NCBI GenBank assembly: GCA_002424095.1
Contig: DIPL01000001.1
Location: 2,184 to 66,183, forward strand
Reading direction: 5' to 3'
DNA length: 64,000 bases
Source: Christensenella sp. UBA5489
GTDB taxonomy: Bacteria; Bacillota; Clostridia; Christensenellales; UBA1242
Positions 45,486 through 55,054 of the stretch are shown one piece after another. How positions within the stretch are numbered: position 1 is the first letter of the stretch; the number at the start of each line of letters is the position of its first letter. A program made the position numbers and the translations under genes. Under the pieces are notes generated by a model. The model was not told the origin of the DNA. It did no database searches and was given only the letters and a program-made list of their open reading frames with translations.

Positions 45486-46364
45486 ATGGCAGAAAATAAA
45501 AATGCAGAACAAAAAGCAGAAGAAGTAAGCGCTAAAAACGCTACTGCAAATGTAGAAGAAAATCAACCGAAGTCGGCTAAACAGGCGACAGAGAAAACCA
45601 CGGAAAAAACCGCTACGAAAGAAGTAAAAGCGGAAAGCGAAAAACCAAGAACATCTTTAAGAATTGATACTAAGCCAAAATTTGAAGCAACGGCTAAAAG
45701 AAGTTTTACAGACAAAGAGAGTTCCGATAATAAAGAAAAATCTGATACAACGGGAAACACCACAGCGGAAAATAAATATACTTACAGTTCAGATTTTCAA
45801 AGAAATAAGTCAAAATCAAAAGAATTTAAAAAAGGCGAAAAAAGCGAACACCGTGAAAGTCGTGGTCGTAGAGATAATAGACAGCGTGAAGTTTCCGATG
45901 TTGAGAATGTGCTTGTTTGTGTGCGCCGTGTAACAAAAGTTGTTAAAGGCGGTCGTACAAGGCGGTTTAGCGCAGTTGTTGCAGTTGGTGATAAGAAAGG
46001 TAAAGTTGGAATTGCAACAGGAAAAGCCACAGAAGTTCCGTTGGCAATTGATAAAGCAAATGCCAAAGCAAAAAAATCTATGCAACAGATAAATTTAGTA
46101 AATGGTACAATTCCGCATAAAATAATTGGTAGATTCAACTCAACTTCAATCTTATTGCTTCCAGCAAAACCTGGTACAGGAGTTATTGCTGGCGGAAGTG
46201 CAAGAGCAGTTTTAGAACTTGCGGGAATAACTGATATTGTAACAAAAATTCACGGTTCAACTAACAGTATAAACGTTGTTCAAGCAACACTTCAAGGCTT
46301 AACAGGACTAAAAACTCGTGAACAAATTGCTGAAATCAGAGGAAAATCAGTAGATGAAATTTAA
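45486..46364 (+). CDS. rpsE: 30S ribosomal protein S5 with a ~125-aa Lys/Glu/Thr-rich N-terminal extension
   Basis: The core is VRRVTKVVKGGRTRRFSAVVAVGDKKGKVG. It is 292 aa against roughly 166 aa for the typical protein. Confidence 0.95.
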   Translation: MAENKNAEQKAEEVSAKNATANVEENQPKSAKQATEKTTEKTATKEVKAESEKPRTSLRIDTKPKFEATAKRSFTDKESSDNKEKSDTTGNTTAENKYTYSSDFQRNKSKSKEFKKGEKSEHRESRGRRDNRQREVSDVENVLVCVRRVTKVVKGGRTRRFSAVVAVGDKKGKVGIATGKATEVPLAIDKANAKAKKSMQQINLVNGTIPHKIIGRFNSTSILLLPAKPGTGVIAGGSARAVLELAGITDIVTKIHGSTNSINVVQATLQGLTGLKTREQIAEIRGKSVDEI

Positions 46365-46423
46365 TTAAAAATTTCAATCGGTATAGATAACGAAAATTAT
46401 AAATCGCACAATAGGAGACTAAA

Positions 46424-46609
46424 ATGGCTAAAAATTTAAAAGTAACGTGGACAAAAAGCGCAATTGGATATAACCAAAAACAAAAAGAAATCTTGAAAGC
46501 GCTCGGATTTAAAAAATTAAATCAAAGCAAAGTTTTACCTGATAACGAATCAATCCGTGGTAGTTTATTTCACGTAAAACATTTAGTTAATGTCGAAGAA
46601 ATATCTTAA
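46424..46609 (+). CDS. rpmD: 50S ribosomal protein L30
   Basis: [24 protein letters not shown]. Confidence 0.95.
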   Translation: MAKNLKVTWTKSAIGYNQKQKEILKALGFKKLNQSKVLPDNESIRGSLFHVKHLVNVEEIS

Positions 46610-46740
46610 ACATTGCAATTAGATTAAAATTCTAAAAAAAATAAAGTTCAAATTTATTTTTTTGCGATTTAAAAACATATATAAATAACCTTATCAAAAA
46701 TTTGGAGGACAAATTGAAAGCAAAAAATGATAAAGAGAAA

Positions 46741-47190
46741 ATGAATATTCAATCTCTAAGACCTGCAAAAGGTGCAAAGAAAAAGCCAACCAGAGCAGGG
46801 CGAGGATATAGCGCAGGCAGAGGAAAAACCGGAGGTCGTGGACAAAAAGGACAAAACGCCCGAAGTGGTGGCGGCGTTCGTCCAGGATTTGAAGGCGGAC
46901 AAATTCCGCTCGTTAGAAAACTTGCGATTCGTGGTTTTAATAACAAGAAATTTGCAAAAGTTTATGCAATTGTCAATGTCGGAAGTTTAGAACAGTTAGA
47001 GGCAAACTCAATTGTTAATGAAGATTTGCTTTTGACATATAAAATAATTGGCAAAAAACAGCCATTCGGACTTAAAGTTTTAGGTGGCGGAGAATTAACA
47101 AAACCTTTGACCATACAAGCGAAATTGTTTTCTGCTTCTGCTAAGGAAAAAATCGAAAAAGCCGGCGGAAAAGCAGAAATCATAAAATAA
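46741..47190 (+). CDS. rplO: 50S ribosomal protein L15
   Basis: LRPAKGAKKKPTRAGRGYSAGRGKTGGRGQKGQ. The start is uncertain: ATG 46741 gives the usual length, while in-frame TTG codons at 46702 and 46714 (after GGAGG 46704-46708) are alternatives. Confidence 0.9.
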   Translation: MNIQSLRPAKGAKKKPTRAGRGYSAGRGKTGGRGQKGQNARSGGGVRPGFEGGQIPLVRKLAIRGFNNKKFAKVYAIVNVGSLEQLEANSIVNEDLLLTYKIIGKKQPFGLKVLGGGELTKPLTIQAKLFSASAKEKIEKAGGKAEIIK

Positions 47191-47283
47191 AAACACTCTA
47201 TCTTAAAAAAACTTTAATTCAAATAAACATTCTAAAAATATAACAAAAAGTATAACTATCAATATCAAATTAAGAGGTGATTG

Positions 47284-48576
47284 ATGTTTAAGACTATTAT
47301 CAATGCGTTTAAAGTAAAGGAAGTAAGAACCAAACTTCTTATAACTCTTTTTCTTCTTTTAATTTATAGAATTGGTTGCTGGATTCCGCTTCCTGGGATA
47401 GATTTGGAAGTATTTCAAACGACAACCGAAGGCAACGATTTCTTAGGACTGATTAGTGCGGTAAGCGGTGGTGCTCTTTCAAACGGTGCACTATTAGCAC
47501 TCGGCGTTGCCCCATATATTACGTCATCAATTATCATTCAACTTATGACCTTAGCAATTCCGTCTCTTGAAAAACTCTCACGTGAAGGCGGTGAAGAAGG
47601 ACGTAAAAAAATTAATTTTTATACACGTATCATTGCTCTATTTCTCTCATTAGCACAGGCAATCGGAATTATTGTTGGCTTCGGCGGAGCATTAATGCCT
47701 GGCGTTTTGGGAGAAGGTGCTCCTGCGTGGGTTATGAGTGCTTGTCTAGTTCTAATTCTAACTGCTGGCGGTATGTTTACAGTGTGGCTTGGCGAGAGGA
47801 TAACCGACCTTGGAATCGGAAACGGAATGTCGTTATTGATTTTTGTAGGTATACTTTCTTACGCAAGTTCGACACTTTTAGGTTCAATTTTGCAAGTTGG
47901 AACAGACATTGATTATTTGTGGAATATATTAATATTCTTATTTGCTCTGCTTTTAATCTTTACATTTATTGTAATTATGGACCTTGCTGAACGTCGTGTT
48001 CCAGTTCAATATGCAAAACAAGTCAAAGGACGTAAAATGTATGGCGGACAAAGTTCATATATTCCTATCCGCGTAAATGGTTCTGGCGTATTGCCTATCA
48101 TTTTCGCAACCGCTCTTGTGACCTTTCCGCAACTTATTTCAAGCATTTTTTGGCCTGAATCGAATTGGTATTCAGATGTATTAGGAACGAATTCGTGGGC
48201 TTATATATTCTTAACGGCGCTATTTATATTATTCTTTGCATATTTTGCTGCGCAAATAACTTTTAAACCAGATGAGATTTCAAAGCGAATTCAACAAAAC
48301 GGCGGATTTATTCCAGGAATCAGAGCAGGAAAACCAACAACAGAATACTTGACAAGAATTTCACATAGAATTACTTTATTTGGTGCAATTTTCTTAGCAA
48401 TTATTGCGCTTGTGCCAAGTTTCGTGTTTAAGTTTATAGATATAAGTTCAACAGGAACACTTGTTGGTGCATTCAGTGCAACGGGACTTATGATTATTGT
48501 TTCGGTGGCACTTGAATTTGAAAAGCAACTGGATGCACAAATGATGATGCGCACCTATAAAGGATTTTTAAAATAA
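47284..48576 (+). CDS. secY: preprotein translocase subunit SecY
   Basis: ALGVAPYITSSIIIQLM, and 10 TM helices expected. ATG 47284 lies one codon inside the track start. Confidence 0.97.
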   Translation: MFKTIINAFKVKEVRTKLLITLFLLLIYRIGCWIPLPGIDLEVFQTTTEGNDFLGLISAVSGGALSNGALLALGVAPYITSSIIIQLMTLAIPSLEKLSREGGEEGRKKINFYTRIIALFLSLAQAIGIIVGFGGALMPGVLGEGAPAWVMSACLVLILTAGGMFTVWLGERITDLGIGNGMSLLIFVGILSYASSTLLGSILQVGTDIDYLWNILIFLFALLLIFTFIVIMDLAERRVPVQYAKQVKGRKMYGGQSSYIPIRVNGSGVLPIIFATALVTFPQLISSIFWPESNWYSDVLGTNSWAYIFLTALFILFFAYFAAQITFKPDEISKRIQQNGGFIPGIRAGKPTTEYLTRISHRITLFGAIFLAIIALVPSFVFKFIDISSTGTLVGAFSATGLMIIVSVALEFEKQLDAQMMMRTYKGFLK

Positions 48577-48641
48577 TTTTAAAATTAAAAATACTGCAAC
48601 AAATAAATTAAACAATAGTAAATTAATTCAAGGAGAAAAAA

Positions 48642-49271
48642 ATGAATATAATTTTAATCGGCCCTCCTGCGAGTGGTAAAGGCACAATGGCAAAAACAAT
48701 GTCAAAAGATTTTGGATTTGCACACATTTCAACTGGCGAAATTTTCAGAGATAACATCAAAAAAGGAACGCCGCTTGGAGATGAAGTTAAGGATTATTTA
48801 GACAAGGCTGTTTTAGTTCCCGATGAAATCACAGTTAATGTAATCAAGAAACGCATCTTAGAAAAAGACTGCGAAAAAGGAATTATTTTCGACGGCTTTC
48901 CACGTAATATGAAACAAGCAGAAATGCTCGAAACTTTCGCAAAAATTGATGCCGTAATCTTTTTAGATGTAGATCTTAGTTTAATTGAAAAACGTATATT
49001 AGGACGAAAAACCTGTTCAGTTTGTGAAAAAATTTACAACACTTCAACATATAATTCAGATACTTGCGAATGTGGCGGAAAATTATATACAAGAAAAGAT
49101 GATGATGTTGAAACAATTAGAAAAAGATATAAAATATACGAAAACGAAACCGCTCCGCTACTCGAATATTATAAAGACCAAATAACAAAATTTTCAGCCA
49201 AAGATACACCAGACCAAACCTACCAACCAGTTAAAGAATTTTTGGAAGATTTGCAAAGAAGGACTAAATAA
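48642..49271 (+). CDS. adk: adenylate kinase (zinc-lid form)
   Basis: MNIILIGPPASGKGT. Lid cysteines are CSVCEKIY...CECGGKL. Confidence 0.97.
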   Translation: MNIILIGPPASGKGTMAKTMSKDFGFAHISTGEIFRDNIKKGTPLGDEVKDYLDKAVLVPDEITVNVIKKRILEKDCEKGIIFDGFPRNMKQAEMLETFAKIDAVIFLDVDLSLIEKRILGRKTCSVCEKIYNTSTYNSDTCECGGKLYTRKDDDVETIRKRYKIYENETAPLLEYYKDQITKFSAKDTPDQTYQPVKEFLEDLQRRTK

Positions 49272-49272
49272 A

Positions 49273-50016
49273 TTGATTGCAAAAACGGTCGAAGATATTA
49301 CTTGTATGCGGAAGGCAGGAGAAATTGTCAAAAAAACATTACAATACGCTGAAACACTTATAAAACCAAACATTTCCACAATGTATCTTGACAAATTGAT
49401 AAAAATGTATATAATAAAAAGCAATGCAACTCCATCTTTTTTGAACTATCAAGGTTTTCCTGCAAGTGCCTGCATATCTGTTAATGACGTTGTAGAACAC
49501 GGAATTCCAAGTGATGACATAATTTTAAAAGAAGGAGATATTGTAAGCGTTGATGTTGGAGCGAACTATAATGGATTTCACGGAGACGCATCACGAACTT
49601 TCGCCGTTGGAGAAATTTCACCGCAGAAAAAAAGATTGATTGATATTACTGAACAATGTTTTTTTAAAGGAATTGAGGCATTAAAGGTTGGCGAAAGATT
49701 AGGGAAACTTTCAAATGCAATACAAAAACACGCCGAGAAAAATGGATATAGTGTTGTTCGAGAATTAGTCGGACATGGAATTGGAAAAAAACTTCACGAT
49801 TTTCCGAACGTGCCAAATTATGGCAAACCAACGGATAACATAACTGTTCCGGAAAACATTTTTCTGGCAATTGAGCCGATGATTAATATGGGCAAAAAAG
49901 AAATCTACATTGAAAATGACGGCTGGACTGTACGAACAAAAGATGGATTATCCTCTGCACATTATGAAAATACAATTTTTGTAACAACTGCGGGCGTGGA
50001 AATTCTTACTTTATAA
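49273..50016 (+). CDS. map: type I methionine aminopeptidase
   Basis: VEHGIPSD...VDVGANYNGFHGDASRTF...GHGIG. TTG start. Confidence 0.95.
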   Translation: MIAKTVEDITCMRKAGEIVKKTLQYAETLIKPNISTMYLDKLIKMYIIKSNATPSFLNYQGFPASACISVNDVVEHGIPSDDIILKEGDIVSVDVGANYNGFHGDASRTFAVGEISPQKKRLIDITEQCFFKGIEALKVGERLGKLSNAIQKHAEKNGYSVVRELVGHGIGKKLHDFPNVPNYGKPTDNITVPENIFLAIEPMINMGKKEIYIENDGWTVRTKDGLSSAHYENTIFVTTAGVEILTL

Positions 50017-50064
50017 AAAGCAATCAAGAAATTAAGTAAATAAGATAAATCAGGAGTAATTTTA

Positions 50065-50307
50065 ATGTCGAAAGACGATGTAATTAAATTTGAAGGTGTT
50101 GTTGAACAAGTTTTGCCAAATACAATATTTATGGTGAAATTGAGCAATGGACACAAAATAAGAGCACATATATCAGGAAGAATGAGAATTCGAAGCAAGT
50201 GGATTATGGTTGGCGATTTGGTTACTGTGGAAATAAGTCCTTATGACTTAACTCAGGGACGAATTATATACCGACAAATTGCAGGAAAATCTAAACCGAC
50301 GAATTAA
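50065..50307 (+). CDS. infA: translation initiation factor IF-1
   Basis: [35 protein letters not shown]. Confidence 0.97.
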   Translation: MSKDDVIKFEGVVEQVLPNTIFMVKLSNGHKIRAHISGRMRIRSKWIMVGDLVTVEISPYDLTQGRIIYRQIAGKSKPTN

Positions 50308-50338
50308 AAAGAAATTTTCAAAAACGAAAGGGGAAATT

Positions 50339-50452
50339 ATGAAAGTCAGAGCATCAGTTAAGCCAATTTGTAATAAATGTAAAGTTATTAAAAGAAAAGG
50401 CAAAGTTATGGTTATTTGTGTGAATAAAAAACACAAACAAACGCAGGGATAA
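50339..50452 (+). CDS. rpmJ: 50S ribosomal protein L36 (zinc form)
   Basis: Absent from the ORF track because it is only 37 aa. My translation is [37 protein letters not shown], with TAA at 50450-50452. Confidence 0.9.
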   Translation: MKVRASVKPICNKCKVIKRKGKVMVICVNKKHKQTQG

Positions 50453-50578
50453 AAATTCTATGATTTTAATATTTGTTTAATTAAAATCAAAAATCAATTT
50501 AAAAATAAAATTTTGTAATTAAAAGAATTGCAGAATTTGAAGATATAAATCTATATAAAATTTTTGGAGGAAAATAAT

Positions 50579-50962
50579 ATGGCGAGAATTGCTGGCGTGG
50601 ATTTGCCGAGAGATAAACGCATTGAAGTTGGTCTTACGAGTATATACGGAATTGGTCAAACAGCGGCTTCTAAAATACTTGCGGAAACAGGAATCAATCC
50701 AGACACGAGAGTTAAGGATTTAGATGAAAATGATACCGCTAAACTTAGAACCTATATCGACAAAAACTACCCTGTTGAAGGCGAAAAGAGAAAGCAAGTT
50801 TCAATGGATATTAAAAGATTGACTGAAATTGGCTCTTATCGTGGAATTCGTCATCGAAAAGGGTTACCTGTTCGTGGACAAAACACAAAAACAAATGCCC
50901 GTACACACAAAGGTCCGAAAAGAGCAGTAGGTGGAAGTTCGGCAAAAATCAAGAAAAAGTAA
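50579..50962 (+). CDS. rpsM: 30S ribosomal protein S13
   Basis: [14 protein letters not shown]. The ATG follows GGAGG, and the track start 50564 is an upstream TTG. Confidence 0.97.
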   Translation: MARIAGVDLPRDKRIEVGLTSIYGIGQTAASKILAETGINPDTRVKDLDENDTAKLRTYIDKNYPVEGEKRKQVSMDIKRLTEIGSYRGIRHRKGLPVRGQNTKTNARTHKGPKRAVGGSSAKIKKK

Positions 50963-51015
50963 ACTAAAATATAGCGTAAAAGTAATAATTAAAAATCTAA
51001 TATAGGAGTTTAAAA

Positions 51016-51414
51016 ATGGCAGAAAAATCAAGTGCTACCGGCAGAAAGAAAAAAAGAGTTACAAAGTCTATTGAAAAAGGACAAGTTCATATTCAAGCGA
51101 CTTTTACAAATACAATTGTAACTTTTACAGATATGGCGGGTAATACAATTTCGTGGGCAAGTAGCGGCAAATTTGGTTTCAAAAGTTCTAAAAAAAGCAC
51201 GCCCTTTGCAGCACAACAGTGTGTTGAAGATGCTGGAAAAGTTGCAAAAGAACAAGGATTGAAATCGGTTGAAGTCTATGTTAAAGGTCCAGGAAATGGT
51301 AGAGAAGCAGCAATCAGGGCTTTATCTACACTCGGTTTCGATGTAACTTTAATTCGAGACGTATCACCTGTTGCACATAACGGTTGCCGTCCACCGAAAG
51401 TTCGAAGAGTATAA
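51016..51414 (+). CDS. rpsK: 30S ribosomal protein S11
   Basis: [30 protein letters not shown]. Confidence 0.97.
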   Translation: MAEKSSATGRKKKRVTKSIEKGQVHIQATFTNTIVTFTDMAGNTISWASSGKFGFKSSKKSTPFAAQQCVEDAGKVAKEQGLKSVEVYVKGPGNGREAAIRALSTLGFDVTLIRDVSPVAHNGCRPPKVRRV

Positions 51415-51519
51415 TTAATAGAATCAGTCTTTGTTTAGATTGATTTTTAAAATACAAAGGTTATAAATATAAAAAAACAAAAACTATTTAAAGGAAACCT
51501 AAAAAGGAGAAAAATAAAT

Positions 51520-52140
51520 ATGGCAAGACTTCTTGATGCAAAATGCCGCCAATGTAGGCGTGAAGGCGTTAAACTTTTCTTAAAAGGCGAAAGATGCACA
51601 TCTAAAAAATGTTCTGTTGAACGTCGTCCAGTTGTGCCAGGTCAGCACGGTATGGGCAGAAAAAGAACAACGCAATATGCTTCACAGTTGAGAGAAAAGC
51701 AAAAAGTTAAAAGAACTTATGGCATTTTGGAAAAACAATTCCGTGGTTATTATGAAGCAGCCACTCGAATGAAAGGCAAAGTTGGCGAAAGCATGCTTTC
51801 ATTGATTGAAAGACGATTAGACAACGTTGTTTATCGTATGGGAATAGGTGCTTCACGTGCGGAATGCAGACAAATTGTTAATCATGGTCATATAACTGTA
51901 AATGGCAAACGTGTCGATATTCCTTCTTTCATTGTTAAAGTTGGCGATGTTATCTCAATCAAAGAAAACAAAAGAGATATTGAAATGTTCAAGTCGCTTA
52001 AAGGAATGAAAGTTGTGATGCCAAAATGGCTTGAATTTGATACCGAAAAATTAACAGGTAAAGTTTTGGCATTACCTGAAAGAGATGATGTCGATATGAA
52101 TATTCAAGAACAATTGATAATTGAATTATATTCAAGATAA
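51520..52140 (+). CDS. rpsD: 30S ribosomal protein S4
   Basis: MARLLDAKCRQCRREGVKLFLKGERC. Confidence 0.97.
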   Translation: MARLLDAKCRQCRREGVKLFLKGERCTSKKCSVERRPVVPGQHGMGRKRTTQYASQLREKQKVKRTYGILEKQFRGYYEAATRMKGKVGESMLSLIERRLDNVVYRMGIGASRAECRQIVNHGHITVNGKRVDIPSFIVKVGDVISIKENKRDIEMFKSLKGMKVVMPKWLEFDTEKLTGKVLALPERDDVDMNIQEQLIIELYSR

Positions 52141-52217
52141 AAATATAAAATAAATATTAAAATAGAAATCAAAAAGTGGAAATTTAATATTTCGTCGTAT
52201 AAAGGAGAATAAAATTT

Positions 52218-53171
52218 ATGATTGAAATTGAAAAGCCAAAGTTGACCTGTGAGGAAACCGAAAATGGTTATTTCGCGAAATTCATTGTTGAACCGCTTGA
52301 AAAAGGTTATGGCATTACACTTGGAAATTGTATGAGACGAACATTGCTTTCAGCAATGCCAGGAGTTGCGCCAATAGGTATTAAAATTGCGGGTGTTCAG
52401 CACGAATTTTCAACAATTCCAGGGGTTGTCGAAGATGTTGTCGATATTGTTTTAAACGTTAAGCAAATGGTTCTAAAATCACCAGACTTAAACAAAGAAA
52501 TAATGACTTCATTGAGAATTAAAAAAAATACACCGGGAGAAATAAAAGCGGGCGACTTTGAGCCAAATGATTTAATTGATGTTTTAAATCCTCAATTGCA
52601 TATTTGCACGCTGGATGAGAATGCTTCGGTTGATATGGAAATTTTGGTTGGGAAAGGGCGAGGATATGTTCCGAATATTGTAAATAAAGAAAGAATTGAC
52701 AGTCTTGAATATATTGCTATTGATTCGCTTTATTCGCCAGTTTTAAGAGTTAGTTATAATGTCGAAAGCACTCGTGTTGGACAAAATATAAACTTTGATA
52801 AATTAACCTTGGAAGTTAAAACAAACGGTTCTATGACAGCGAAAGATATTGTTTCATTAGCAGGAAAAATCGTAATTGAGCATATCTCAATGTTTGGTGA
52901 ACTCAGCAGTAATTTTGATGAAGTGAACGTTCTTGTTTCAAAAGAAGATGATGTTCAATCAAAAATTTTGGAAATGCCAATTGAAGAAATGGATTTTTCA
53001 GTAAGGTCATATAATTGTCTTAAAAGAGCAAACATTAATACGATTGAAGATTTGGTGAGCAAGACAAGAACAGATATGCTCAAAGTTAGAAACCTTGGCT
53101 TGAAATCAATTGAAGAAGTTGTTCAAAAACTTGATACCTATGGTTTAGGGTTGCGTCAAGAAGAAGACTAG
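52218..53171 (+). CDS. rpoA: DNA-directed RNA polymerase subunit alpha
   Basis: GNCMRRTLLSAMPG, and the C-terminal domain has SVRSYNCLKRANINTIEDL. Confidence 0.97.
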   Translation: MIEIEKPKLTCEETENGYFAKFIVEPLEKGYGITLGNCMRRTLLSAMPGVAPIGIKIAGVQHEFSTIPGVVEDVVDIVLNVKQMVLKSPDLNKEIMTSLRIKKNTPGEIKAGDFEPNDLIDVLNPQLHICTLDENASVDMEILVGKGRGYVPNIVNKERIDSLEYIAIDSLYSPVLRVSYNVESTRVGQNINFDKLTLEVKTNGSMTAKDIVSLAGKIVIEHISMFGELSSNFDEVNVLVSKEDDVQSKILEMPIEEMDFSVRSYNCLKRANINTIEDLVSKTRTDMLKVRNLGLKSIEEVVQKLDTYGLGLRQEED

Positions 53172-53244
53172 ACAAAATAAAATAATTAAATTAATTTCAT
53201 TTAAACACGATTTATAAATAAAATTTAAGAAAGGAGTAACTTAA

Positions 53245-53754
53245 ATGGCAAACAGTAAACTCGGATTGCCGACCAAAGAAAGAATTGCCTTGATAAGAAA
53301 TCAGGTGTCGCATTTGTTTTGGTACGGGAAAATAGAAACAACAAAAGCGAGAGCAAAGTCGGTACAAAGTAAAGCCGAAAAACTTTTAACTCTTGCAATT
53401 AATTCGTACGACGACACGGTTACGGTTACAAAAATGATAAAAGGTGCAGGAGATGTTAAGTCAGATAGAGAAGTTATCAATGATGGTCCAAAGAAACTGG
53501 CTGCCCGCCGTGCTATTATGAGTTATCTTTACGACTTGCAAGAACAAAGAAAAGAGAAAGAAAGTAAAGCATTATTCAAATCGAGGACAGAAGGAATAAA
53601 TCATCCTTTGATTGAGAAAATTTTCAATGTTTATGCACCAAAATATGCAGAGAGAATTAAAGAAATCGGCATCGGTGGTGGTTATACAAGAATTATAAAT
53701 CTAGACAAACGACGTGGTGATAACGCAGAACGTGTTATAATTGAGTTAATTTAA
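53245..53754 (+). CDS. rplQ: 50S ribosomal protein L17 (with internal/C-terminal extra segments)
   Basis: RNQVSHLFWYGKIETTKARAK. It is 169 aa against roughly 120 aa for the typical protein. Confidence 0.93.
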   Translation: MANSKLGLPTKERIALIRNQVSHLFWYGKIETTKARAKSVQSKAEKLLTLAINSYDDTVTVTKMIKGAGDVKSDREVINDGPKKLAARRAIMSYLYDLQEQRKEKESKALFKSRTEGINHPLIEKIFNVYAPKYAERIKEIGIGGGYTRIINLDKRRGDNAERVIIELI

Positions 53755-53936
53755 TAGGTTTAAACTTGAATTGTTATAATATTTGTACCTACGTAATACA
53801 GCGAAATTTTTAAAATAATTTGAAAAAAATTATGCGCAATAGCGCACGTTTAGTTAAATTTCTATGATTTTTCATAGGATTTAATTTTTTTATTAATAGT
53901 AAAATAAAGTTGGCAGTTAAATTTTTAAAACTTAAT

Positions 53937-54659
53937 TTATAAATCTGTTACTTCGTTAATATCTTTTAAATACTCTTTTATAGTAGCAAGTGCCTTAGTT
54001 TCTAAACGTGATATGTATGACCTTGAAATTCCAAGTTTGACGGCAACTTCTCTTTGCGTTAGTGCAGGAATTCCACCTATTCCGTACCTCATTTTTAAAA
54101 TATCTGCTTCTCTTTTTGGTAATGTTAAATCTATGAGTTTGCAAACTTTTTCATTGATAATATTATTTTCAACAACGCCGTAAATCTCATCTTCAAGAGA
54201 GGGAATGATGTCAAGCAACTCAACCTCATTTCCGTCTTTGTCCTGTCCTAAATTTTCCTGCAAAGAAATGACCCCTTTATGTTTTTTGTTGACACGAATC
54301 AACATTAGAACTTCATTTTCAATACATCTCGCAGCATATGTCGAAAGTTGAGTGCCTTTTCCGTATTTAAAAGTGTTGATTGCCTTAATAAGTCCAATTG
54401 CCCCCACAGAAATCAAATCATCGGCTTCACCTGCGCCTGAATACTTCTTAACAATGTGTGCCACAAGTCTTAAATTGTGGTTAATTAAAATATCTTTGGC
54501 TTTTTTATCGCCTTTTTTAAATCTATCATAATATTTTCTTTCTTCTTCTGGTGATAAAGGTTTAGGGAATCCTGTTGCACTATTTATGAACGATGAAAAT
54601 AATAAAATCTTGTTCATAAATAAAATAAAATTTTCAAAAACCAAAAAAACCTCCGACAA
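53937..54659 (-). CDS. sigK: sporulation sigma factor SigK (pro-sigma-K with N-terminal propeptide), uninterrupted
   Basis: FPKPLSPEEERKYY...LINHNLRLVAHIVKKY...YAARCIENEVLMLIR...GISRSYISRLETKAL is closest to SigK as I remember it from B. subtilis. The start is either TTG 54659 or, after an internal GGAGG, TTG 54644. Confidence 0.8.
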   Translation of the reverse strand: MSEVFLVFENFILFMNKILLFSSFINSATGFPKPLSPEEERKYYDRFKKGDKKAKDILINHNLRLVAHIVKKYSGAGEADDLISVGAIGLIKAINTFKYGKGTQLSTYAARCIENEVLMLIRVNKKHKGVISLQENLGQDKDGNEVELLDIIPSLEDEIYGVVENNIINEKVCKLIDLTLPKREADILKMRYGIGGIPALTQREVAVKLGISRSYISRLETKALATIKEYLKDINEVTDL

Positions 54660-54821
54660 ACAAATTGCGTACGTTATTTATATATGCTTTTTTTTGTCGA
54701 ATTTTGCTTGTACGGTTGAAATTCAGCCTGTACACTGAAATTTTAATTTTGAGAAAATTTTGTTTACAAATTATGAAATTTATGCTATTATTACAACATA
54801 TTTATAAACAGGAGATAAAAG

Positions 54822-55016
54822 ATGATTGATAAAAATAAATGTATAGCCTGTGGAAGTTGCGTTAGTGTTTGTCCAGTCAATGCAATTGAATTTGAAGCGG
54901 ACGGAAAACCGCAAATAATCAAAGAGAAATGTATAAAATGCGGAAGTTGCGTTGCAATATGCCCAACACAAGCAATCACAATAAATGATGATAAAGAATC
55001 TAAAAAATTAACATAG
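54822..55016 (+). CDS. 2x[4Fe-4S] ferredoxin
   Basis: Two cluster motifs: CIACGSCVSVCP and CIKCGSCVAICP. Confidence 0.9.
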   Translation: MIDKNKCIACGSCVSVCPVNAIEFEADGKPQIIKEKCIKCGSCVAICPTQAITINDDKESKKLT

Positions 55017-55054
55017 AAAAACAATCGAATAAAATTCGAAAAAGGAGTCAAACG

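Noticed and set aside
53755-53936. Hairpins after rplQ (TGCGC-AATA-GCGCA near 53835; CTATGA-TTTT-TCATAG near 53866), considered as terminators for the convergent rplQ and sigK genes.
   Set aside because: The stems are only 5-6 bp and the first lacks a following T-run. They are plausible but too weak to annotate with coordinates.
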